A stretch of DNA of 64,000 nucleotides from an uncultured Planctomycetales bacterium. Lineage in GTDB: Bacteria > Omnitrophota > Gorgyraeia > Zapsychrales > Zapsychraceae. Of the stretch, positions 17,600-32,500 are shown in pieces. The stretch spans positions 2,403-66,402 of the forward strand of contig CAYIMR010000001.1 in the NCBI GenBank assembly GCA_964364455.1. The letters run 5' to 3'. Below the pieces are notes generated by a model. That model worked only from the letters and a program-made list of their open reading frames with translations. It was not told the DNA's origin and did not search any database. Position 1 is the first letter of the stretch. Every line of letters starts with the position of its first letter. The translations under genes and the position numbers were made by a program.

Positions 17600-20500
17600 G
17601 GCGAAACCTGCATTATTTCCATTCGGCGCGTTGGTCAGACGCTCCAAAGCTTCTTTATTACCAATTTGCGCCAAGACACCCAATTGCTTGGCCGCGACAT
17701 AAACGATCCCCGCCGCCGCGACGAATGTTCCGGCAACCGCGTACGCTCCAACGCCGATGGCCGCCGTCGCAACAGCCGCAACACCCAGGCCGAGCAGGGT
17801 TTCAATCGTACCGAAGCCGGATTGCCGGGGGTCAATAACTGGGCTGGAACTCTTGCCGAAATTGTTGCTCTTAGCAGAATTTTCCCTTTTTTGTTTCAGG
17901 GTTTTTAAGGTTTCTTCATCCATGCCCATCTCAAACGACGGGTCATCCACAGGGGGGGAGGTTTTCTTTTCTGTGCCGATAAGGCCCAGGACTCTTTGCA
18001 GGTTGTTTTTCCAATTTTCAACCGCCCCATCCACAACATCCTGAGAAACATTTTTTATCGTAAAGAAATCATCAATGTCCGCCATCTGCCCTAGGATATC
18101 TAAATTGCCGATCGACCCATGCTGACCTTGCAAAATACCGGCCTTGAGGATAGCGTCCAAATTCCGGAGGTAATTGCCTCGCAACAACGAGGCGTACGCA
18201 TCCGGCGGCATACCCAATTCAGCGACGACGCCCCTTAGGATTTCCGGCCGCCCTTTATCATACGCGTCGAAGAACAGCGACAAACGGCGGTAATCCCCGA
18301 CCGGCAGGCGCATGACCACCCCGTATCGGTCAAACAGCGGCAAAACGCCGATCGTGTGCCGCGTTAACCGCCCGCCGCGTGAAAGCACCCGGCGTTCCCT
18401 TTCCATCATCCGCGAGATGCCTTGCGGGGTTTCCAACCCGACAGGTGTCCCGGATTGAAGCTGATGTTCCCAATCAAGGAATATCCCCGGTTTGCCGACG
18501 TGTTCTTTAAAAACAGTCGGCTCAAAGGTATCATTGAGATTATGCTTCGCGTAGCCTGGCGTCCCGGCGCCTTTAAACTCCAGGCCAAAGGCTTTGTGTT
18601 CTTTAGTCCCTGAGCCTTTGAGTTCTTCCCCTCTCGTGACAATAGCCCCTTCCTTATTGACACGGATCACCGCCGGCACCGGCAATAAAATCGACCGCCC
18701 GGCGATGCCCAGCATCGGCATCGTAAATGGCCGTTGTTGGGCGTCCACAACCCTCTTGAGCCCGAATCTTTTATACATCTCCTCGTCATTTAAGGCTCGT
18801 ATATACCGGGCCTGATGTAATAACGGCGCGCCTTTTTCGATTTCATAAGCCGGGCCAGCCAAAAACACAAACGATCCATTTTCATTATCAAGGACCCCGC
18901 TGAACTCCTCCGGCAACTGAACACCGGCGGGAATATTCCACCTTGACCCTTTTTTAACATAAACGTCGGCATCCAGATGCAAGAACGGCCTGCCGTGTTT
19001 GTAATATTTCCGCCCTCCTGTTTCTGGATCTGTAAATATGCCGGCCGCCTGATTTGTCAGGGCCTCATCCCGATACCGCCCTGCCACCTTTTGAAGGCAC
19101 GACAACTTTTCAAGATCAAACACCGGGCTGGAGGACTTAGACTTTCGGGCAACAACGTAATAATCAGAGTCATTGAAAAGCTCTACGCTGTATCGCGCGA
19201 ATAATGGATGCATCATCCGGTGGATCCGTTCTTCTGTCTGGAAGAATGTCCTAAACCACCCTCGTTCGGCAAAATGCTTAACAACCGCCGGTGCCAACAG
19301 CCCCTTCCTCCATAACCCCTGCAGAATCAAGAAAGCGGAAACCTTGTAAACGCCCCTCACATAACCGTTCGTCCTTGTGTAATGGCTCCAGGCTTTCTCC
19401 CTGGCCAGGAAGTTGCCGATAAACGTGCCGCCCGGCGCCAGCCTCCCTGCCATCATGCCCACCGCTTTGTCTAAATCAGAAAGGTGGAATAACGTGTCAA
19501 GCGAAACAACAACATCCACACCGCTGATAAGCTGAAGGACCCTGGAATCATAAATATCCATATTTAAGACAGTCACCTTGCCGGCATTGGGGCCTTGGAT
19601 CCTCTGGCGCAACCGCACCAATGCCTCGGCGTTGACATCCACCGCGTATATCGCTTTCACATTTTCTAACGCCGCCACCTTTTTGGTGAGCCCGCCGGCG
19701 CCGGATCCAAAATCAGCGACAACCAGCTTATCCCCGGCTTTTCTCACCTCTTCCACGGTTCTGTCTTCAAGTTTTGTGTGCATGCTAAAAATACTCTTTT
19801 CCGGCGTCACATCAAAAACACGATGTCCTTTACGCTCAATCCAATGAAGAATAGTATGCTTCGGCAAATCCTTAACCGGACTGCTGGTTACAGACACCTC
19901 TTTGATTAATTGAGCAAGTTTCTCCTTAACTTGAGAATCAGAAGCTGCCGGCGGATGAATATGGTCTATTTCCTCTTGGAGCAGGATAGTATACCCTGAC
20001 ATCTCGTTAACACCATAACCGCCTAGCATCTCATCGGGTTTCCTCTTGGACCTCGGGAATAAATGCGCACGCACCTGTCCATTCCCGATATCGACCCATT
20101 TGATATCGATCATGTTTTCCGTAATTCCACCGGAGAGCAATTGTTTAATCTTCTTGCTGGCATTATAGATAACCTCTCCCATCATGCCGCTGTAGACAAA
20201 ATTCACCGCAGGCCAATTAGGTACCTGCTGGCCGGCCTCAGAAACTAAGTCGACAACCTCCCTTTTATCAATGGGGAAGCGCCCTAAGAACCCTTGGAAA
20301 TGGGCATGATGTTTAATAGAACGCCCGGGGCCGTTCCAGTAAATGGTAGCATGAGGCATCACCACGGCAAGAAGCGCGCCAAGGCCCATAACCTTATTTA
20401 ATGATGGCTGAATGCCGTGTTTCCGATAGGCGATTACAAAACTCGGCGTTTTCCTTGCCTCATCTGTCCCCCAGAAAAATGGATTGATATACATTGCCCA

Positions 20501-23500
20501 ATCCTTCAATCCGGAATGGAACCGGCTTAGATCAATACCGCGTTCGGCCAACGGCATATAAGCCGCGCAGAGATTACATTTGCCATCTCCTTTAAAACGA
20601 AGATTAAATACCGATTTTAAGACCAAATCTCTCCATATCTGTTTAGCCGCCAAATAGGTCCCGTAAACAGTTTGCCCCCTGATATTGTTAAAAATATTTA
20701 AGATACCTAATGGGTTCTCAACAGATAAACCCTTTGCGTAATCAGCTCCACGATGTGCGGCATAAACGATTTGATAATCGTCACCGACAGGATAGACTGT
20801 AATACCATTTTCTAATTGCTCTTTTGCAATAAATCCTGCCGCAAGCTGCTGGCGGACCAGGTCCCTAAACTTTTCTTCTATCGTATTCCCTTTAAGGGGC
20901 CTTATCGCATTCCATAATAGAACCAAATTGTTTTTACTAAATATATTTAACGGGCTTGAGGTGTTATCATTTAATATCGGCGAGCTTATGACAGCTTCGG
21001 CATTATTGTTGTTTTGATGATCAAGTTCCTTACTTAACCAAGCATACACATTCATGTAATATCCCAAGCTTCGGTCCCAGCGATTGTCTGCCTGCATGGC
21101 ATTGGTGATCCTCTTATCCCAATTCCTAGGATTGTTTTTGTAAATATTAACTGCCCTCTCAATCGTTACATAAAGCTGACCCGTATTAATAGCCCGGCGA
21201 CGGATGTCTTCTTCGGGTGTGGCAAACGTTCGGCTGACCCCGGCAAAAACAAATCCCGTCGGCTTAGAACCAAGCTCAGCAACCGTATCGGCTAAGCCAC
21301 CGGTTTTGCGGACCAACGGAAGCGTCCCATAACGCATCGCTATCTGCTGATTGATACCGCTGGGCTCATAATCCGAGGGTACAAGAAGCATATCTGCCCC
21401 AGCATAAATCATCCGTGCCAGTTTGTCGCTAAAGGCCTTCACATAAACAGTCCGTTCCAGAGAATCTTTGCCCGCTAATTCAGCCAAATCGTCCTCAAGC
21501 CACTTTTCTCCCGTCCCTAAAATAACCAGATCAATACCTAAGCGTTCTTTTCGCCCGCGATGGATATCATCAATCATGTCGGCAAGGATATCGAACTGTT
21601 TCTGGTCGACCAGCCTTGAAACAACTCCAACCAGTATCCTATCAGGATGGCCATGGCCTAAGTGGCCGTATTGTTTATCCGTAACAAGGCCGATTTCCTG
21701 AATCCCGCCTCTCTTGGATAAAAGTTTCTTTAACACATCCTTGTTGATATTCTTGGCCTTTCGGATATCCTCAATAGCGTCTTTACTGATATCATAATTT
21801 TCCGCAAGCGCCGTGTCTGTCGCGGGGTTCCAAACCTCAAAATCAATCCCATTTAAGATCCCGCCAAAACGGTTGGAGACATCCTGTAGAAGCCTATCGA
21901 TTTCAAAATAGGTACCCCTGATTTCCTTGGCATAGGTTTCACTGACCGTGTTGATATAATTGCCCTTGCCTCCCAAACGCAATATCACCTCAGGGACTGT
22001 TGCCATAAAATTCAATCTCCCCGACTTGACGATAAAAGGCTCTATATTACTCAACCCGATCTCCGGCAACCATTCCACGGGATACTCGCCTTGGTATCCA
22101 ATATTATGAATGGTGAAGATACTCCCTGTCCGCGCGAAATAATCGCCAAATCCCGACCGCATATAAAGGGAAGCGAGGGCGGTATGGTGGTCGTTTGTAT
22201 GGATAATCTCCGGTCTTATCCCCAGTTGTTTAAATAATTCCAAGGCCCCGCGCGATAACAAGATCGATTCATAAAATTCTGTTTCCTTCCCGGAATATGG
22301 ATTAACAAACATATCTTCACTCTGAGCCACAAGCATATACACCGTAATGCCGTCTATGGCAGTCTTTTTAACCCTGAGAATTTCATCTTTCCTCCTATTA
22401 AACGGTATTTTTATTTCAACCCCCTCAACATCTTCAGCCTCATACCTCTCTAATTTCTCGACCATTGAGGCAAAATATGGCATAACAACACTCACATCCT
22501 TGCCTGCCTTGGCAAAGGCTTTAAATAATTCATGCATAACATCACCTTGGCCGCCTACTTTCACTAAAGGTCCAAATTCCATGCCGATGGCGGCAATGCT
22601 TCCCTCATATTGCTGCATAATTCCAACAAAACCATTACCGCTTTGTAAATCAGCCCATTCCAACTCTCCGTCAATTCCTTTAAAGGCAACCGTGTAATCA
22701 AAACTATCCGCGGAATTCATTTTAAGTTCATAGACTGCACGGCCATCCTCACGGTTTTCCACAAACTCAAACGGCGTTTCAAAGAATTTCCACGGGCCCT
22801 CTTCATTGCTTAACTTATACCAAAGCCTCACATCCCTATTGCCGTCAACATCCCCTCGATTGGCAATGGTCCGTAAAGTAATATTACCGCCTGCCGCACT
22901 CTGCCACACACGGCTTGCCTCTTCGATATATCCACCCCTTAATTCATCCGGCAGTACCACACCCAGACTTTTCGTCAACTCCTTATTTCCGATCATCAAG
23001 CTCCGCTTAACATTTTCCTGCAACACATAATTTAAGGATTGTTTAAGGCCGTAATCCTCCTGTATTTTTCGATAGAGTATCCGGCGGGCATCTTCCTCGT
23101 CCAAATGCGATAAAATCAAATGGCTGATTTCGTCAAACATAACCATTTTTAAAGCATTGAGCAGATGAGATGCGTATTGAATGTCCTTTTGTAGCTCATC
23201 AGGGATTTGAAGAAGCCGGTAAGATAAATAGATCACGCCTTCCTTGATATGGGCCGCATGCTCGGCCCGGCCGTGAAGCCGTATTGATACTGTCCTTTCT
23301 GATTTTCCTTCATCGTCTCCTTCAAAGAACATTTCTTTATGGCCCGGAAGCTGCTGGTCAAGGGCATATATCAGCGCCGATTCAACAGCCTCTTTAATCT
23401 TCGGCGTACTATCGCCTTCCACTTTGACTGTTATTTCCCCCGCCTCATTCATCTCAACCATTGCCTCTAGCGATACCCTCCTCTTTCCTGGCCACCTCTT

Positions 23501-26500
23501 CGCTTTCATCGGAAAAACGCCTTTTTCTTTCTTCGAAGAAATCTTTTGAACCGGTGAGGAGGTTTCTGCTTGTGGCAGGCCTTTGGACTGGACCAAAACA
23601 ATGTTGGAAATATAGCTGAAAGATCCTCCCGTCCATCCCATAGTGGTGGTTAGCTTATCAGTTTTAAATCCTAGTTTTTCACCATAGTCTGCCAATGTTT
23701 CAAAATCAACCCTGTGCGTGATATCGACCGAGGAAACTTGGCGGCCGAAAAGGCGTGTTAACGGCAAACTGATATTATAAACATAAACACTGGGCTGTCC
23801 GGGTTGCGTATAAACGTCTTCGCGCTTGAGCTCTCCGTAATCCAGCGTAATAACGTAACCGCGCCGCAAGGCACGGGAAACCTCTTTATTCCATCGCAGG
23901 GCCTCTAAATTAACCGCAAATTCCGTCCCTTCAGGAGGGATGACCTTATCCGCCCAGTTCGCAAAATACGCGGCAATGGTTTGATCGGAGATTCCTCCCT
24001 CAACTTCTTTATAAGTGCCATCTCTGTAATCGACATAAATTTCTTTTAGCCTACCTTGCCGGACAACCACGCGGTGGACAGGGAACGTATCCAAGAGCTC
24101 GTTGGAAAGGAAGATCCCCTCAACGCTTTCATCCTCAAACGGCAAATTCCTGGCTGAACCATTAAGAAGAGTGACCTTTTCTTTATAATCTTTTGCCTGT
24201 AGTTTTTCTTCGACTGTCTTAAGAAGTTCGGGGCTGATTTCCACATCGACGCACTTGATAGCGTTCCATAGATCTCTGTAACGGGCCTCCCCTTCCAGGG
24301 CCTCCATGAAATTCACCATAAGACTCCCGTCACCGCCGCCCATTTCGACAACTGTAAATTCATCAGGGCTCCCCATGTTCTTCCAATATTCAAAGATCTT
24401 AGCCACAACGCTTCTTATCCTTTCTTTATGCTTCGAATCTGTTTCAAAAGATATGTCCCTGTGGCCTGTGTAATAAGCACCTTCTGCGTAAAGAACTTCT
24501 TCCTGGAATTTGTCAAAGGTCATTACCTCGCGTCTCTTGACCTGAAGTGCGGCCTCTTTGGCCCTTTCCACCGGAGAAGAAGAGCCTTGCCGAAGGTTAT
24601 CTGCGTTATTTTCTATGATAATTTTCGTATCACGAAGGAATAACCTTCCATTTACTTTTCTGAACTCCCCTCTTTCGATGACGACAACGATATCTTGTCC
24701 TTCAGAGAGCGTGTTCAAATCCACTTCCATGCCTGTGTTGTTCTCAATTTCTATCTCTCCTTCCAACTCGGCATCCTTTAAGTGCACCACACCCTTAATC
24801 TCTATTCCCTTTAATTTCGCCACGCTGGCCCGGCCAAAGGCATTGATGACATGCATTGCATCCAAATAGAACTTGTCATGCAAATTAAACAGCGGCGGCG
24901 CGTGCCCGGCATACCTGTCCTCCAGCATCCACTTCCTCCGATTCAATTGATAATAATCACTATAGGCCTGCAGCCAGAAGTCAATGGCAAACTTAATCGG
25001 CGTAAAGAATTGCGTTCTTCGGGTGACATCAACATTGACAATTCTTAAAATTTTATCCACCTGGTATCTCTCTAAGATCGCTCTTACCATTGGGTTCTTG
25101 CTCGTCATAAAATAGTTGTGAACGTTCAAAAAGACAGTCCCAATTGGCCCTTCTAATTGAATATAATCCTTACCATCTTTTCCTTTTTTATCCGCAACAA
25201 TGAGGTCTGGCGCGAATATCTTTTGCAGCTCCTCCATGTTGCCTTCAAATACTTCGCTTCGTAAATCTTGTAAAATCTTGGCCAATAAACTGTAATTGAT
25301 AAGCGCGATGTTGGTATTGAAGTACTGCGCGCCTTCCTCTCCTTCTCCGCCTTTTAAGCCCACTTCCTGGAAAACCGTTTCTTGTTGATTATTCTTCGCT
25401 GAATTCAACTCTAACATCCTCACCGTTACTTTCCCGTCCGCTAAAAATTCAACGCCGATCATGCCTCCCTTGCGATCAATACCTGTCTTGGTAGTGGAGA
25501 CCATCACCAAGGGGACATTGCGCTTCAACATCCATTCCACAATATATCGGTCCGGCATATTGTTGGTGCCATCGCCATTATAAAACGCCACCACGATATT
25601 ACTCTCTTCAGACGCATAATCATGATCCAATGCCCCTCTTAAATACTTGAATCCCCATTCTCCGTGACTGGCCGAAGATTCTCTCGCGTAGGTCGCTTCC
25701 TTTGTCTGCGCATCCAGCGAGGGATAAAATGGCGCCACCTGCATCCTTACCTCTATACCTGACTCATCAAGGATCTGTTTATAACTGCGTTCCTCCGCGA
25801 TCAGTTTGCCCTCTAGCAGATCCGGCAAATACGGCCGTTCTAACAACGTTTCGTAGGATGGCTTGGAATCGTCGCTGACAATCGGCTGGAATACCACTTT
25901 CCCGTGATACTCTCTTCTTTGAACTTCTTGAATTAATCGCAATAACTTCACTTCTGCGACGCTTACGATCTTCTCCCCATAGATCCCTTCAAATCCAAGA
26001 TCCGTACCCTTGGCCCCCAGTTCGTTTCTTCCCCAGAATTTTTTTACATAACTCTCGCGTTCAAGGCTTGTTCCTAATCCGGCATCTAAATTCCCCAGCC
26101 TGATCTCGTAAACTCTTTTGGCTTCATCTGCTCTCATTTCCTCGACAATAGTTTCATAATCCTGGGCCCCTAACAAATCCCTGCGCTGATCTTCCGTCAA
26201 CAATGCCGAAGGATAAAAATTCCCCTGGTTATTTCTGGTTTTAATGATCAATTTCGGACGGTCAGCGGACGGGTTCCGATACAATCGCAAGAATGTCTTC
26301 CACAGATCCCTGCTGTAGTTATCCAATCCCCGTTGATCAAAAATTCTTTCAAGAGATTCATCGTCTTGCGCGTCCTCAACCGGTGAACTCGCGGCCGGCC
26401 CCATCAAATCAGCCAATAACCTCTTCACCTCGTCTCTGGCCTCGCCGGCAAGCCATTTCTGAATTCCTTGTTTGACCAATTCTTCGATGTTGGCCGTTCC

Positions 26501-29500
26501 GACGCCCGGGACACTGCGGATGACATTGACCTTGTGATCGTAAATATGGGTGATATTGACTCCCGTTTCCTGCAAGCTGTTGACCAACGCTCTTTCCAAC
26601 TCATCGAGCCTGTGGGCGGCGGCCATAATCCTGTCGCTGGCCCCCTCGCCAAAGTGGATATGCATGTCGATGTCACTGCCCTCAACCGCTTCGCCGCTTG
26701 GCACGGAACCGGCCGCGTATCCGCCGCGGATAAGGTCAGAACCGAACTCCTCTTGTAATTTTTTGACAAGGGCAAAACCTGACAGGGAGAGAACAACCGG
26801 ATAAATTCTTTGCCCCCACGCGGTGACGGCAGATTTTCTGATACTCTGGATGCCGGAGGCGTCGTCGTAGAGCTTGATGATTTCTTCTTCACCCGCCTTG
26901 GCGGCGATCATTTCTTTGATAACGCGGGCAACCTGATTGAAGTTGATCGGAGAGGAAGATTCTGCGGAAATATTCTTCTCTGTCCCCTGTGCTCCGTTGA
27001 AGCTGTAAACGACACCTTGATGGCGGGCGACTTCGGAATGCCAGAATGCCTTGGATTCTTCGACGAGCTCGGCGACCCTGCCCTTGAACTTGATCCTGGC
27101 CCGCTTCATCTGTTCCATGGCCTCATGATTGAGGCTCACGTTGACCGGCACGTATTTTCCATCCTGGGTGTAGAGAGGCAGGGCGTTGTAAAGGAGTCCG
27201 GCTTCCTGATGAACGCGCTTCTTGATGACTTCTTTGCGGTCCAGATCGCCCTGCGGAATGCCGAAGCTGTTTTCAACCAAATCTGAAAGCGCATTTTCCG
27301 CGAATTCCGCGACCAATTCAGCGCGGATATCCGTGTCGATAGTGATATGGAGCCGGTTCTCCACGCGGGCGATCAGCCAGTCGACCTGTTCGGCCGACAA
27401 GCGGACCGGCGAGGAAGACATTATCATCTTATTTATCCTATCAATTGTTTCCGGTATCCATATTGTCAACTCAGCGGCATTCAGGGGCAACTCACGTGTT
27501 TTTGTGCTTTCTAAAAAAGCCATAAGTTCTAATTCCAAACTTGTTGATTTACTCTCTGACGCTTGTAGTAACGCTCCGGGGAATCTCCTGTCATCCTGTC
27601 CGATAATATCCCCGTCTTTGCTCTTGACCAAAAATTTCCCGCTTTGATAATCGGTAACTACGACCAATTCTTGACCTGTGACGATAATCGTCCTGTTTCT
27701 TTCTTGCCCCTCATAATTTCTATCGACATTAACCGCAACTTTGATGCCTCCATAGTTAAATGTAGCCTTTGCTCTTTCCCCATTAGAATTCATTTCTGCC
27801 GCAAGCCGTGTCGGACTTCTGGTCCCCACCAAAACTTGAAGTACGCTTAAAAGATGCGGCAAAAGGTCCTGCACCACACTGACCGTTAGGTCTAATTTTC
27901 TTCCCTCCAGTGGATTTAACATGTTCAATTCTATTTCTTTGATTTTGCCAAAATTGGCACTGTGGATTGCCTGCTTAAGCATAGTAATAATCGGGTCATA
28001 CATGTACTCATACCCTACCGCTAGGAGGCGGCCACGTTGACGCGCCAATTCAACTAATTCTGCGGATTGTCCTTGTGTCGCGGCTAGAGGCTTCTCAACC
28101 AATACATCTTTGCCGGCTAAAAGCGCCTGTCTGGCCAATTCATAATGTGATGTTGATTCTGTGGTAATAATCACCACCTGACTATCGGGATTCTCTAATA
28201 CTTCTGTCCTGTAATCTTGGACATTGTGGATTCGAACGTTGCTTGGCAAGTCTTTGTGCTCCTCCCATTGAGGATAGTTGGATCGGGCGAAACCACGAAC
28301 AATAGAATATGGGAAACTCTTGGATAACACATTCAACATCACCCCACCGCCCCAACGGCCAAGACCCACTAAAGCAATTTGTTTGATTCCAAAATATCTT
28401 ATAGCAAGGCGGTCAAGAGCCGCAGGCTCGTTGATATCTCTTGCTCCCTCTAATAGCGGCTCGATTAATGCGTTCAAATTAAATTCAAAACGCGTACAAT
28501 CCGGACACTGGCTAACATCATGCTGCCATTTTCTCTGATCGCGCCAAATGCCCCAGAAATCAAAATTATCATTATTAATATCTCCCATCCCAAAGTGCTT
28601 AAAGTCTTCAATAGAAACCGACGTACATGGATAAACCTGGCCCCTTGCGCCAATCACGGGGATAAACTTGCAATGCTGGCATTGCGTAAACGGTTTCTCC
28701 GGCTGGTGAACATCGTCTTGCCGGATAAGGATATTGATTTTTCTCCGGCTGAATTCACGGGCAATGCCATTAATTTTGGCAATCATAATATCGGCAACAT
28801 TCTCATCGAGATCAAACTCTTTATTCTGGTGTGAGGGTTTAAGCGGCGCGCTAAAACGAATAGCATCAACACCAGCATTATCCGCCCATTGGATAATCGA
28901 GCGTAACTCATCCCCACCGCTGTTCCTTTCATTAAAAAGGTAAGTAATTTCTACGCCTAGCGGTGTGTTCCTGGCCTGACGTAATTTTAGCAACTGCTCC
29001 ATGTTTTGAATAATCTTAATGAAAGCCTTTGGATCAACAGGACGATGTGTCTTCTGATAAGACTCAACCGTTCCTGCGTCCAAGCTGATTCTAACCAAAT
29101 CACCTTTGGCAGCCAAAGAGGTGGCCACATCAAAAACTTTCTCCCCATAATAAAAATTACTGAACAACTTAAAGATCATCCCGGATTGCTTTATAGCCGC
29201 AATGACTTCTTGTATCCTTGGATAAACTAAAGGCTCTGTAGAATTACCAGATATAATGATACGCTTGATACCTTTGCCTTTCAGCGAACATATAAAGGCA
29301 ATTAATTTATCAGGTTCAATGCCTCTTTCTTGATTCTTCTGTAATGCAACTTTATCCTGCAGCCTCGTACACCACACGCAATAATTGTTGCACCCCATTT
29401 TTTGGGAAGCGTAATAAGGGTGAATTTCAATCTGTAACGGTTTCTCCGGTGTCTTGCCCTGGAGAATATCCAACAGGCCATCGCGGTAATCATGCATAAG

Positions 29501-32500
29501 CCACTTTAAGCGAATCGTCTGTTCATCAAGCCTATCTATTGGGGATGAGACCCTTGAGTTGCGATTATAATCTTCTGCTTTCATCTTCGGCAGATGAGAC
29601 ATTTGGGCATCGTAGGTACTGAATTGTATATAACTATTCTCATCCGGGATGGCTTTGCCATCTTTATCCTTAACAACTAATAAATCATTCACATGAACAT
29701 CGGAATCCTTAACATCCGGCACGAGGATCCAAAGCAGTCCGTTTGCCCAAGCCTTAAGTTCACTTTTCAATTTCTTCTGTCGATCTTTAAGCGCGGGTAA
29801 TCCTTCGCGTGGAGATTTCAGCCCTTCCGGCAAGCCATCTTCTATTTGGCTAATAATATTATCAGCGTCTCGCATAAAATTATTCCTAAGAAGCATCTCA
29901 ATTTCTTTCTGCGTTAATTCAATATCTTTCTGAGGTCTGAAACTATTACGCTGAACAGCAATCTTTCGGATAAACCGCTCATAATCATCCGGGGATGCCT
30001 TAATAAAATGCTCCAAAACGGTTTTATCGGAACCAAGCCCAAGCATACGCGCCAACAGGCTGTTGGGTGTAGTCAACATGCCCCAATCATAGAAGCCGCC
30101 GTTAATCATGCGCATGACCGGCCAGTGCGTTAGTTTCCGCAACATCTTTCGTACGGCCCTATCGGATATGCGCTCCTTATCCCCTAACATATTGAGTTTC
30201 CTCAATACATTACTTACCACCTCAACCCATTTGCCTTCCTTCATATCAAGCATTTTTGCCAGTTGGTCTTCGGTAAAGGTATAAATCCTATCCTTATTCT
30301 CTTTATCGGTAAGGAATGCTAAAAACTCATCTGAAGCGGCAATACCATATTCTTTAAACTTGCTGCGCAACTCATCAACTGTATATTCATGCAACGGCTT
30401 TTGCACATATCCTTGCGCGGCATCCTTGACCATAAGCAAATCGAAGAGTTTTCTTCGGGCTTTTTTCCGGGCACCGAAGCCATTGTTTGCCGCTATTTCA
30501 ATCAGCTCCACACCAACTATCACGCCCAGCCCGAGAATGAAGCACCAAAGCATGTTGATATAAATACCAGCCAGCACGGAAACCAACCCAATGCCTCTTA
30601 CGGCATTCTTGGCAATTCCTTGCTTCCATAACGGCACGATCATGTCCCTGGCAGACCATAACCACGACCGGACAAAGCCGCCACCGACATCCTTGGCCAC
30701 GGCACGATAATTCCTGTCAGATATAAATTTGATCAACAACGGCAGAAGCATCGTGACATCACCCAAGAAGAAGAACAGGAACAGGACAGCCGTCATGTGC
30801 CTTTCGAACGTCTTCTGCGCGAAGAACCGGGACATCTGGACCCTTGGTGTCCTGTTAAACCTATTGCGCAGGCCAAGCACTGTGAACCCGGCGTGAACCA
30901 CAATTAACCCCTTAAGAAGCCATACGGGAACAAGACTAAAGCCAGACCACAGTAAAAAGCCGAGACTTAGAACTGTTAGTAAATTGGCCCCCCAGTTCGT
31001 CATAGGTATATTGTAAACCGCCCTTGGCCTAAATAGATGCGGACCTATAATATATGCGAATACAAGCATCAAATAGAGAAATGCGCTAGCAAGGAATACT
31101 ATTGGATGATACGGCGCGAAAAATAAGATCAACGGTATAAGGACCGTGCCAATCTTTGGCCCCAACGTAAAGGTCTGATAGACATCTTTCGTGAACCGCC
31201 GGTCAGCTGGTGTCAAACGTTCAGCCGGGAGGAACACATCTTTACCTTGCACCGTATCCCTGGCAACGGACCAACCATAAAGCGGGTGCACGGATGTTGA
31301 AAAGATGGCGGCAGCGGGCTTAAAGAACAAGGCATTAAGGAATTTAAGGAATCCCCAAGGTGCTCCATACTTGGCATTCATCAATGTAATCAGATTTTGT
31401 ACAATGGAAAGAGCCAGGACAAACCCGGATGTCACAAAGGCGCCGGCAAACGGGAAGGAGTGAGCTGGATCGATAAACAGCACGACCTGCAATAAGACGA
31501 ATGTAATGACATTCACAAGAACCAAAGTCTTGAGCCCCCAGAAAGCGCCCGTGTTAAATAAATGCGTCCACTTCCATGATGTCGGCCCCTTATTGCTTAA
31601 ATTGAATAATTGTCCCAAGGTGTCATGTATCATTTCATAGTTATCCGCTGCGTATTTACTCTCAGTTCCCAAATCAGATTTATAATCCGTAACCTTAGCC
31701 CCACCGATAAACATCGCGTGGTTATACTTCACGTGGATGCCCTGGCCAAGCCCCAACAATGTCAGCGTTAAATCTTCGGCGTTTCTCGATAGAGGCGCAA
31801 TCCCGTAATTAAGCTCGTACTCTTCTTTGTGCATGTATTTGCCATATTCACCCACCTGCCCTGTGGCATTCATGAAGGATTGAACCATCATCGTCCAATT
31901 GGATTCGTTAAGATCTTTCGTGCGCGCCACATCGCTTAAGTATTTATCTGCGACATACATGGGGAAAATAAGCCCCATCGTATTGGATTTAGAAAGCTCA
32001 TCAATATCGTTGACAATCCACATACCTTCTTCCGGCTTGACCTCCATGATGGCGTCCATGCGCATGGAAACGTCAAACCGGTACCTTGAGAAGTTCGCAA
32101 TCGTCGTAGCCTTAAACGCGCCCGTCATCTCCGGCATACTTGCCGGCCCTAAGAGCCACGTTGCATCAGGCGCTCCCCTAAGTCCATCATTCCCAACCTG
32201 GGAGATTAAAATTCTGTTTTCCGGACGTGCAATATAGGCCGGGGCTCTGGAATCCGGGGCCGGAACAATGACGGTAAAGGCAAAGAATTTCTCGGCTACC
32301 CGCCGATCATAAAAGAGATCAAATTGCACAAATTCTTTTGCACGTTTATACTTAGCCAATAAGCCAGACTGAAGGACAACCGTTCGTTCATCCTTTGTTA
32401 ATAACATTAATGGCAACCATCCTGTTCTTGATATAACACCCTGAAGTTCTTTTAATCTGTCTTCCTTAAATATGTTTGAATTCCTGAGAACATTCAGCAT

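Noticed and set aside
17590-17840. Continuation of ORF-R through the antisense of the protease gene (no stop met down to about 17170)
   Set aside because: That frame is the codon-aligned antisense of the plus-strand gene, so its openness reflects codon avoidance in that gene, not coding. The true ORF-R stop was not located and probably requires resolving a frame error near 17600-17840.
26425-26892. Minus-strand 155-aa ORF in the track (MKKKSSSSTTTPPASRVSENLPSPRGG...)
   Set aside because: Its low-complexity product is in the wrong frame. The true frame here encodes the Pol-beta nucleotidyltransferase motif GSDIDMHIHF.
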